In this document: in pieces, positions 24,887-31,948 of the stretch
Position numbering within the stretch: position 1 is the first letter of the stretch
Layout: each line of letters begins with the position of its first letter
Origin: a virus
Taxonomy: Duplodnaviria; Caudoviricetes
Virus record (IMG/VR): IMGVR_UViG_3300042366_000723
Coordinates: 1-35,777 of that record
Direction: 5' to 3' (one strand)
Length of the DNA: 35,777 nt
The notes under the pieces: generated by a model
The model's database searches: none
Seen by the model: only the letters and a program-made list of their open reading frames with translations
What the model was told of the DNA's origin: nothing
Translations under genes and position numbers: made by a program

Positions 24887-25083
24887 GCGAGGCACTTTCC
24901 GATGGGGCTGTCGAACTCTACCTGCTCAACGGGGACTACGAAGACCGGTATGTCTGGGTCGAGGTCGAGCGGGCTGAGGTCGTCTCAGTCCTCGACATGG
25001 AGTCCGGCGACATCCTGCCGCTTTCGGCGGTGGGAGAGGAAGACCGTAAGCGGGTGATCGCCCGCATCAACGAACGGATTTAA
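24883..25083 (+). CDS. Hypothetical acidic protein (66 aa)
   Basis: ATG 24883 coupled to previous stop; MSEALSDGAVELYLLNGDYEDRYVWVEVE... Confidence 0.65.
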   Translation: MSEALSDGAVELYLLNGDYEDRYVWVEVERAEVVSVLDMESGDILPLSAVGEEDRKRVIARINERI

Positions 25084-25704
25084 ATGACCGTCACAGAACA
25101 AATTCGACGAGACCTTTCTACCGAGGTTGTTCTTGGTCTTGCCGAGGCTTTTCATTCCGAGGTCAAGTATTTTTGCGAAGACCGCGATGTGAGGAGGGCG
25201 ATTTTGGCATGGGCGTTCAGTGAAGGAAAGCTTGTTCATATCTCGAAGAAATTCATGGGGCAGCAAGTCTACCTCGACGGAAACCGGTGGCGTTTTTCCG
25301 ATAATCGCCGAGCGGGTTTCGCGGCACTCGCTCACGGTTGGTTTCTCAAGCTTTCCGATTGGAATGTTTGGAAAATTGAATATTCCAAAGGGGAATTTTT
25401 CTTCAGCGACGGGAGTTATCGGGTTTTTCCTGGGATCATGCTGAAAATAATTTCCGACTTTGAGCAAATCCCGCAAGGTCGGTTTTTGTATCGCGAATAC
25501 AAAACGAGGAGAAAAATGAAAACGGCACAGATCGCCGCCATTTCGTTTCTTCAAGAAGCCGCCGAGTTAAGCCCTTCTGCCGTCCTTGTCCGGTTTAACA
25601 TTTTAGCAAAAGACGCGACTGTTGAAATCTTGGCAATCGCAAGACTGATTTTTGCCATCGGATTGATGGCGAACTACAAAACCAAAAGAGAAACAAAACC
25701 ATGA
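25084..25704 (+). CDS. Hypothetical protein, AT-richer than flanks
   Basis: 206 aa, abuts the previous stop, frequent TTT/AAA/ATT codons. Confidence 0.65.
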   Translation: MTVTEQIRRDLSTEVVLGLAEAFHSEVKYFCEDRDVRRAILAWAFSEGKLVHISKKFMGQQVYLDGNRWRFSDNRRAGFAALAHGWFLKLSDWNVWKIEYSKGEFFFSDGSYRVFPGIMLKIISDFEQIPQGRFLYREYKTRRKMKTAQIAAISFLQEAAELSPSAVLVRFNILAKDATVEILAIARLIFAIGLMANYKTKRETKP

Positions 25705-25907
25705 AAAAATCGAAAATTACGAGCAACGAGGAGTTGCGCGGAGAACTCATTAACGTCTTTAACGACTTGGTCAATGGCGACGCGGACCTTCGCGAGGTTC
25801 GCGCCAAGGTTTCTGCGGCGGGGAAAATCCTTCAATCCGCAGCGTTGCAAATGAAATACCAAGACCTTCGCGGCGAAAAGCCTCAAGTGGAATTCCTTGA
25901 GTCCTGA
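25701..25907 (+). CDS. Small helical hypothetical protein
   Basis: 68 aa, ATGA-coupled to 25084..25704, same AT-richer composition. Confidence 0.7.
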   Translation: MKKSKITSNEELRGELINVFNDLVNGDADLREVRAKVSAAGKILQSAALQMKYQDLRGEKPQVEFLES

Positions 25908-25954
25908 CGGTGTCGCAAACAACCGGGGCGCGACGGAAACGCGCACAGAACAAA

Positions 25955-26791
25955 ATGAACGAACTTACCATCCAAAACCAAGGCGGTTTCGCCATCATGC
26001 GCCAAACCGCAGAGCTGTTCGCCAATGCGGACATTGTCCCGAAGGCATTCCAAGGGAACCTCGGCAACTGCTTCATCGCCATCCAACTGGCCGACCGAAT
26101 GAAGGCCGACCCGTTTCTCGTCATGCAGAACGTGGACATCATCCACGGCAAGCCCGGCTTCTCCTCGAAGTTCCTCATCGGGTGCTTCAATTCGTGCGGT
26201 CGATTCTCGGCCATCCGCTACGAACACGACGACCAGGACGGTGGTCGAACCCGTGCGTGTGCCACCGAGTTGGCCACCGGTCGCGAGATCCTCGGGCCGT
26301 GGGTTTCGATGAACATGGCCAAGGCCGAGGGCTGGCTCTCCAAGAACGGGTCGAAGTGGCAGACGATGCCGGAGCTGATGCGCTCCTACCGGGCCGCTGC
26401 ATTCATGATCCGCGTCACGGCTCCCGAAATCTCGCTGGGCCTGCCGACGACCGAGGAGGTCATCGACACGGGTGGGATGGGTCGGGAGGTCCGCGACATC
26501 ACGCCGAAGACGCCGTTTGCGCGAGCCAAGGCGGAGCCCGTTCCTGTGGTCGCCTCGGTCGAGGTGGTCGAGGAGAAAGCTCCCGATCCGCTCGAAGTCA
26601 TCAAGGCCAAGCTGACCAAGTCCGGCCTCAAGGTGAGCGAGGCGCTCGGTGCGCTCGCTACACTTGGAATCGGCGACGGCAAGACGCCGTTCAGCAAGAT
26701 GGACCCGGCCACGCTTGAGAAGGTGGCCAGCGATTGGTCCACGGTCGAGGAGGTCGCGGGGCAACTCAGGGCGCAGGAGGTGATCGCATGA
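25955..26791 (+). CDS. RecT-like single-strand annealing protein
   Basis: IVPKAFQGN.GNC.IA.....R...DP..VMQN..II.GKP and GW..KNGSKWQTMPELM..YRAA motifs; next to an exonuclease gene; start probably ATG 25955. Confidence 0.75.
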   Translation: MNELTIQNQGGFAIMRQTAELFANADIVPKAFQGNLGNCFIAIQLADRMKADPFLVMQNVDIIHGKPGFSSKFLIGCFNSCGRFSAIRYEHDDQDGGRTRACATELATGREILGPWVSMNMAKAEGWLSKNGSKWQTMPELMRSYRAAAFMIRVTAPEISLGLPTTEEVIDTGGMGREVRDITPKTPFARAKAEPVPVVASVEVVEEKAPDPLEVIKAKLTKSGLKVSEALGALATLGIGDGKTPFSKMDPATLEKVASDWSTVEEVAGQLRAQEVIA

Positions 26792-27591
26792 TCGAGGGCA
26801 TCAACCTCAACGTCCCCGAGGCCGCTTACCACGCGTTCCCTGCCGTCTCGAAGTCCACCCTGTGGAAGTTCGCCAAGAACCCGCACAAGTGGCTCCTGAC
26901 GAAAGACGAGCCCATGGCTCCGACCGCCAGCATGAACTGGGGAAGCTTGGTCGATTGCTGCCTGTTGCAGCCGCAGGAACTTTCCCAATGCTTCGCGGTG
27001 TCCTCCTTTCCCGACTTTCGGACCAAGGAAGCGCAGTCGTGGCGGGATTCGCAGACCGTCCCCATCGTCACCTTGGCCCAGGTGGCTGAGGCCAAGAAGG
27101 CGGCGGAACTGATCCGCTCCCATCACTTTGCTGGAGCGATCCTCGACGGCGCCGCGGCGCAGGTTTCGGCCTTGGTCGAGGGCATCGAGGACAAGACCGG
27201 CGAGCGGTTCAGTGGCAAGTGCCGGATCGACATTGTGCCGGACGCCGCCGGGGCTTTCGGGGATTGGCTGGTCGATCTCAAGACCACGCAGTCGATCTCG
27301 AAGCTCCCGGCGACCATCGCGGAATTCGGGTATCATGCCCAGGCGGCGTGGTATCTCGACATGTTCAACGCCGCGAGCGGCGAGAACCGGACCCGGTGGG
27401 GTTTCATCTTCCAGGAGTCGGAATCCCCCTACGAAATTGCCGTGGTCGAGCTGGATGCCGACAGCATTGCGAAGGGCCGGGAGTGGTATCTGACCGCTCT
27501 GGAGAAGTGGTGCCACAGCCACAAGACCGGGAATTTCCCCAATCCGTTCGATGACGAGATCCGCGTCATCAGCATCCCGAAGTGGGCATGA
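26788..27591 (+). CDS. RecE-like PD-(D/E)xK exonuclease (DUF3799-like)
   Basis: YHA..AVSKS, KCRIDIV, VDLKTT, YHAQAAWY, FIFQE...PY motifs. Confidence 0.85.
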   Translation: MIEGINLNVPEAAYHAFPAVSKSTLWKFAKNPHKWLLTKDEPMAPTASMNWGSLVDCCLLQPQELSQCFAVSSFPDFRTKEAQSWRDSQTVPIVTLAQVAEAKKAAELIRSHHFAGAILDGAAAQVSALVEGIEDKTGERFSGKCRIDIVPDAAGAFGDWLVDLKTTQSISKLPATIAEFGYHAQAAWYLDMFNAASGENRTRWGFIFQESESPYEIAVVELDADSIAKGREWYLTALEKWCHSHKTGNFPNPFDDEIRVISIPKWA

Positions 27592-27989
27592 GCGACAAGT
27601 CGATATATCACCTGCAAAAGCTGAACGGAGCGCGAGTCATTCGGCTCAACCTCCGCGCGGTTCGCGACCTTCTTCCCGAGGACAGCATCGAAAACTTCGA
27701 CTTGTCCGAGGCGCAACGGTCTCAACTGCAACGGCGTTTGGACCGATATGTGAAGCTCGGTGGAAAGCTTGACCTTCAGTGCGGAGTGCCACCTCAGCCC
27801 GAGCGCATGAGCTACCCAAGGATTCAGAAGGCGAGGCCCGAGCGCATGGTGCGCGGCGCTTTGCGCAAAGCGACTCCAAGGATAGTCATTCCGGCCAAGC
27901 TCATCCCGGCCCAGAACGGGATCGAACCGAGCATCGACCATCTACCAACGAAGGGGGCGCTGGCAATGGCGGTGCGCATGAAGCGATGA
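27588..27989 (+). CDS. Hypothetical basic protein
   Basis: ATGA-coupled at both ends. Confidence 0.6.
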   Translation: MSDKSIYHLQKLNGARVIRLNLRAVRDLLPEDSIENFDLSEAQRSQLQRRLDRYVKLGGKLDLQCGVPPQPERMSYPRIQKARPERMVRGALRKATPRIVIPAKLIPAQNGIEPSIDHLPTKGALAMAVRMKR

Positions 27990-28369
27990 AAGCCTACCGC
28001 CTTGAACATGACGAGCAGTCGGCCCTCTTCGTGTGGGCGCAGTGGAGCCGTTTGGACTTCCCCGACCTCCAGTGGATGTTCGCCATTCCCAACGGCGGCC
28101 ACCGAAACCTGCTCGTTGCTCGAAAGATGAAGGCCGAGGGCGTGAAGCCTGGGGTGCCGGACATCTTCCTCCCGGTGGCCCGCAAGGGGTTCCATGGCCT
28201 GTTCCTCGAAATGAAGGTCGAGGGCAGTCGCCCGGTCCGAGGCGGCAAGGGTGGATTGTCCGACCTCCAGTGCGAATGGATTGCGGCGATGCGGTCGAGG
28301 GGATACTCGGCGCAGGTCGCCTATGGAAAGGACGAAGCTATTAAAATTATCACCGATTACCTGACATGA
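27986..28369 (+). CDS. VRR-NUC domain nuclease
   Basis: EHDEQ, FAIPNGG.R, MKAEGVKPGVPDIFL, LFLEMK, S..Q.EW motifs; start ATG 27986. Confidence 0.88.
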   Translation: MKAYRLEHDEQSALFVWAQWSRLDFPDLQWMFAIPNGGHRNLLVARKMKAEGVKPGVPDIFLPVARKGFHGLFLEMKVEGSRPVRGGKGGLSDLQCEWIAAMRSRGYSAQVAYGKDEAIKIITDYLT

Positions 28370-28566
28370 GAGACGTTTACGGGACCATCGCGTCCTTGGC
28401 CATTGGCCTTGCCGTCGGGCTCACCTTCGCGTGGGCGCAACACATCGCGCAGGAGCGCCGTCTCAGGGCCGCCGAGGCCCAGGTGGCGGAACTAAGCGGG
28501 GAGCTGAATGCCATGCGCGTCATGGCGGAATGGGAGCGGTTTGAGGAAGGGAGGGGTCATGAGTGA
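28366..28566 (+). CDS. Small membrane protein with coiled coil
   Basis: 66 aa, N-terminal hydrophobic helix, coupled. Confidence 0.6.
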   Translation: MRDVYGTIASLAIGLAVGLTFAWAQHIAQERRLRAAEAQVAELSGELNAMRVMAEWERFEEGRGHE

Positions 28567-28837
28567 TACCCCAAATTCTTTCCTTCCAGGCGAAATCAAC
28601 GAGGACGACGCCGAAATGATCGCGAGAATCTCCGGTGCGGTAATTTCAAAAGACTGGCGGAAATTCGCCGAACTCGTCGTTGAGGCTCCAGACATTGAGG
28701 TGGTCGGGAAAGCAAATGTCGCAATCAGGTGGATTGCGGAGGCGGCGATTGAAAAGCTCGGAAACTATAGCCAGTCCCGACACCTTGAGGGCATCATCGA
28801 TCTGGCGATCATCTCGGAGAGAAATTCCCGCCTTTAG
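28559..28837 (+). CDS. Hypothetical protein (92 aa)
   Basis: ATG 28559 after GGAGGGG; AT-richer codons. Confidence 0.6.
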   Translation: MSDTPNSFLPGEINEDDAEMIARISGAVISKDWRKFAELVVEAPDIEVVGKANVAIRWIAEAAIEKLGNYSQSRHLEGIIDLAIISERNSRL

Positions 28838-28854
28838 TCGAACACCAACTCCGC

Positions 28855-29091
28855 ATGATCAGCCCCTACCGAGACGCCATTCTTGACCTTCTCGCTGACG
28901 GCGTTGAGCGCACCGTCGAGGAGATCCGACTGGCTGTGGACGCTCCGGCGACCGCCAGGATCCACCATGTCCTCGAGGCCGCGATGACCAGACAGGTGGC
29001 GAGGAGGGAGACGTTTCGGCTCCGGTCGAGGCGGATCGGTGGGCGGCTTTACTATCGGTTTGTGAATTTTACAAGGGGGGGAGAGAAGTAA
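28855..29091 (+). CDS. Hypothetical protein, possible winged HTH
   Basis: AILDLLADG...TVEEI pattern, 78 aa. Confidence 0.55.
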   Translation: MISPYRDAILDLLADGVERTVEEIRLAVDAPATARIHHVLEAAMTRQVARRETFRLRSRRIGGRLYYRFVNFTRGGEK

Positions 29092-29096
29092 TTTTA

Positions 29097-29915
29097 ATGA
29101 AAGACCCGATTTACAAGATCATTGATTGGGACCGGCATTTCGAGAACAACCGTTCAAGGACGGTTGAAAACTTGAGGTGGGTCTGCGTCCCCAACAAGCA
29201 CGACGGGGAGGGCTTCTCCACGATCATGGAACAGGAAAATGCCGCCGAATTGTTTGCGGCCTGGGTGCTGATTTTGCAGGTGGCATCCAAGTGTCAGGTA
29301 CGTGGCAGCCTGGTGCGGGATGATGGCACTCCCCTGACAGCCAGATCGCTGGCATCGAAGACTCGCGGCAACGTGGCGTGGTTCACCGAGGCTCTTAACT
29401 TCTTCACAACCAAGGTGAAGTGGATGGAGTGTCAGGCAGCTGACAGCCAAGTGTCACCCGCCTGCCAGGCAACTGACAGCCAAGTGACGAAGAAGGGAAG
29501 GGAAGAGAATGGAAAGGAAGGGAGTGAAGGCGCACCCGCCCCCGATCCCCTTCCCGAACTCGACTCCGAAACCCTCGCCCGCCAAGGCAAGTCTCTTGAA
29601 TCCATTGCCGCCCGCCTCACCCTCCCTGCCGCGAACTTCATCGAGCACGGCGCGACCGTCGGCCTTTCCCCGGATCAGGTCCGGCAATGGGCGGATTCTC
29701 GCGTTTCGAACGGATGGAGCACGGGGAAGGGTAAGCCCCTCACGCCGATGACGTGGCCCGCCGACCTGCAAAACTTCGCTTCCGCCTTCAACCAAATTTC
29801 ACAAAAGCAAAATCATGGAAAAAATCATTCGAATGGTTCCCGAAACGATCAAACGGCTAACGCAGGTCGAGCCGCCGCCTTCGCTGACATTGGAAAACTT
29901 CGCCCCGGGGTATGA
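29097..29915 (+). CDS. Replication initiator (lambda O-like organisation)
   Basis: N-terminal I.DW..HFE..WV..PNK domain, central iteron-encoded linker, C-terminal NGW..G.GKP...W motif, followed by a DnaC-like gene. Confidence 0.7.
   Translation: MKDPIYKIIDWDRHFENNRSRTVENLRWVCVPNKHDGEGFSTIMEQENAAELFAAWVLILQVASKCQVRGSLVRDDGTPLTARSLASKTRGNVAWFTEALNFFTTKVKWMECQAADSQVSPACQATDSQVTKKGREENGKEGSEGAPAPDPLPELDSETLARQGKSLESIAARLTLPAANFIEHGATVGLSPDQVRQWADSRVSNGWSTGKGKPLTPMTWPADLQNFASAFNQISQKQNHGKNHSNGSRNDQTANAGRAAAFADIGKLRPGV
29428..29530 (+). repeat. Putative replication origin (iterons plus purine tract)
   Basis: TGNCA every 11 bp five times; CAGGCA(G/A)CTGACAGCCAAGTG at 29433 and 29466; then a G/A-rich tract. 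Confidence 0.65.
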
Positions 29916-30435
29916 TGCGAGCTTTCATCCCGAATGCCGCACCGCCGCCGCCGAGGTTATCCGCTTCATCGAATCGACCATGAGCGGCGGAAAGCAATGG
30001 TGTGCCCTGGTTGGCGTCTCTGGTGTCGGAAAGACGATGCTGGCCCGCGCCGCCAATCAATACCTTTCCGAACACGGAAAGAACGCTCGGTTTCTCCGGT
30101 GGATCACGATTGTCGATTACATGCGAAAGGGCGACTACGGAGTCATTGACCACGTATGCGAAGCCAAGGTCGCGTTCATCGACGATATTGGAGCCGGTTA
30201 CGAAACCGCGCTGAGCAAGGCGAAGATTTTGGAGATTGCGGAACGCCGGACGGGAAAGCCTACGTTCTGGACTTCCAATCTCACGGCGCAACAAATCGCG
30301 GATCAAATTGACGTTCGTGTCGCCTCGCGCATGGTGCGGGATGGCAACCGAGTGTTTCAGTTTTCCGAGTGCCCGGATTGGTCGATTTTGAATTATGGGA
30401 ACGACCAAGCGCACGGAGCGCGAGAAGCAAAATGA
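29815..30435 (+). CDS. DnaC/IstB-like AAA+ ATPase (helicase loader)
   Basis: Walker A GVSGVGKT, Walker B AFIDDIG, TSNL and R.ASRM motifs. Confidence 0.88.
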   Translation: MEKIIRMVPETIKRLTQVEPPPSLTLENFAPGYDASFHPECRTAAAEVIRFIESTMSGGKQWCALVGVSGVGKTMLARAANQYLSEHGKNARFLRWITIVDYMRKGDYGVIDHVCEAKVAFIDDIGAGYETALSKAKILEIAERRTGKPTFWTSNLTAQQIADQIDVRVASRMVRDGNRVFQFSECPDWSILNYGNDQAHGAREAK

Positions 30436-30491
30436 GCACTTCCCAAGAGACGAAATCACGCGCCACCGGGGCCAAGCCGCTCGTCAATCGC

Positions 30492-30521
30492 TTGCGCGAG
30501 GACGTTTGTCGGTTTTACGCT
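30492..30521 (+). promoter_or_regulatory. Putative sigma70-type promoter for terS
   Basis: TTGCGC-N18-TACGCT, 10 nt before ATG 30532. Confidence 0.45.
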
Positions 30522-30531
30522 ATGTGACGCC

Positions 30532-30933
30532 ATGCTCAACCCTCGACAACTGAAGTTTGTGAAGCTCTACCACCTGAGCGGCAATGCCTCCGAGGCGTAT
30601 TCGGAAGCCTATGGGGTCAAGAAGCCCGATGTCGCCAAGGCGAACGGATGCCGTCTGCTTACGAACGCTTACGTCCAGGCTGAGCTGGAGAAACTCGCGA
30701 AGGAGGCCGAGAAAGTCTTCGAGGTGAAGCGGGCGGATATGCTGCAACTGTTCCATGAGATCGCCACCTCTCCGGTCGAGGCCGCGAGGGATCGCATCTC
30801 CGCAGCCAAGGAGCTGTGCCGAATGGAGAGTTTCTACAGTGCCGAGAAGGTCGAGGTTTCGGCTGAAGCGTCGGCGGTTGATTTGATACGTTCACTCGTT
30901 GGATTGAAAAACAAAGATGAAAAAGACACATGA
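30532..30933 (+). CDS. terS: Terminase small subunit
   Basis: LNPRQLKFV..Y...GNASEAY..AYG....A.ANG.RLL.N..V and DRISAAKEL motifs. Confidence 0.85.
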   Translation: MLNPRQLKFVKLYHLSGNASEAYSEAYGVKKPDVAKANGCRLLTNAYVQAELEKLAKEAEKVFEVKRADMLQLFHEIATSPVEAARDRISAAKELCRMESFYSAEKVEVSAEASAVDLIRSLVGLKNKDEKDT

Positions 30934-31126
30934 CCTGACCGCCACCATTGGCGAATACATCGACAGGGAAACGGGCGAGAAAAAGAAACGCCGGGTGCAT
31001 TGCGGAATCGTTCTGGAGGACGACCACGGGAGACCGGTCATCAAGATCGAGAGCCTTCCGGTCACCGGGTGGAATGGTTTCCTGTCCATGTGGGAGATCG
31101 ACAAGGACAGGAAGGGACCGTTTTGA
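30917..31126 (+). CDS. Small beta-rich hypothetical protein (possibly ssDNA-binding-like)
   Basis: GEY.D..TGEKKKR...CG.V....IKIESLPV.GWNGFLS pattern. Confidence 0.6.
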   Translation: MKKTHDLTATIGEYIDRETGEKKKRRVHCGIVLEDDHGRPVIKIESLPVTGWNGFLSMWEIDKDRKGPF

Positions 31127-31130
31127 GAGC

Positions 31131-31388
31131 ATGACTGAAATCAACAACACTGAACCAATGAACCCGCAAGACTACGAGTTCGCGGAAGGTCATCGCATCG
31201 GATACGAGGCCGGGCTCCGGGCGGGAAGTCTGCCGGACGGCGAGGTTGCGAGGGTGCTGCTTCCGTTGGGCGTGTTGGGCGTGACGGCACTGAGTAAAGT
31301 TGTTGACGGTCTCGGGAAGCATTTCGGGGATGATTTGAGAATGATGCAGCGGGGCGACTGGTTAATTTTCATTAAGCCGAACGTCTAG
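31131..31388 (+). CDS. Hypothetical protein (85 aa) ending inside the attC1 core
   Basis: ATG 31131; last codons (PNV*) are encoded by GCCGAACGTCTAG. Confidence 0.65.
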   Translation: MTEINNTEPMNPQDYEFAEGHRIGYEAGLRAGSLPDGEVARVLLPLGVLGVTALSKVVDGLGKHFGDDLRMMQRGDWLIFIKPNV

Positions 31389-31475
31389 CTGACGCACCGA
31401 TATGAGCGGAATCGACTCACTACTCTCGCAGGACTTGGCCGCTCACATCGGTTGCGGTCCAGCGCCTTGTTCGAC
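31376..31475 (-). other. Integron-type attC site (attC1, 100 bp)
   Basis: Minus strand: R'' GTCGAAC, 5-nt spacer, GCTGGACCGCAACCGATGTGAGCGG, loop, CCGCTCATATCGGTGCGTCAGC, 5-nt spacer, R' GTTCGGC; three unpaired bases all on one arm. Confidence 0.82.
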
Positions 31476-31889
31476 TTCTTAATTTAGAATCACCAAACAA
31501 CTATGAACATGCAAGCAATGATGGATGGAATGTCTGCCCAATGGCAGAAGGAACGCTCGGAGTCTCAAATGACTCTCGGGACACTGATTGACACTCTGGC
31601 CGCAATGCCGCCAGAAACGGAACTCGAAGGCTTCGGGGAGGCGCATAGCTATCGAGGCTACTACTCGGATCTCGCCTTCGAGAAGCTGGAGGAAAAGACC
31701 ACGGCAAGCAAGGCGCTGGAAATGGCGCGTGTCTGCATGGGGGAAGTCTTCACGGGCTACAAGGGCGGCGACTTCCAGATGGGACGCAACACGCCGGTAT
31801 GGCTCGCGGAATACGGATCGTGCGGCATGAAGATCATGGCTATCCGCGACGATGGAACTCTCGAACTCGCGAAGGATTCTTGAGTCGAA
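31382..31889 (-). mobile_element. Integron-type gene cassette with gene in inverted orientation
   Basis: Begins (minus strand) at G/TTCGAC, exactly complementary to its own R'' GTCGAAC; ends at G/TT of the attC1 R'. Confidence 0.72.
31503..31883 (+). CDS. Hypothetical phage protein (cassette cargo, 126 aa)
   Basis: QMTLG.LI..L, HSYRGYYSDLAFE, F.GYKGG.F.M...TPVW.A.YG motifs; fills the cassette. Confidence 0.8.
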   Translation: MNMQAMMDGMSAQWQKERSESQMTLGTLIDTLAAMPPETELEGFGEAHSYRGYYSDLAFEKLEEKTTASKALEMARVCMGEVFTGYKGGDFQMGRNTPVWLAEYGSCGMKIMAIRDDGTLELAKDS

Positions 31890-31931
31890 CACGCGATAGC
31901 CACAAAAATTTGTGGCCGAATCGGATTCGTC
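31884..31931 (-). other. Short or degenerate attC-like site (attC2)
   Basis: Minus strand: GACGAAT, CCGAT, TCGGCCACAAA, TT, TTTGTGGCTA, TCGCGT, GTTCGAC; one bulged base; R'' has AAT instead of AAC; only 48 bp. Confidence 0.55.
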
Positions 31932-31948
31932 CACAAACAAATTGACCA

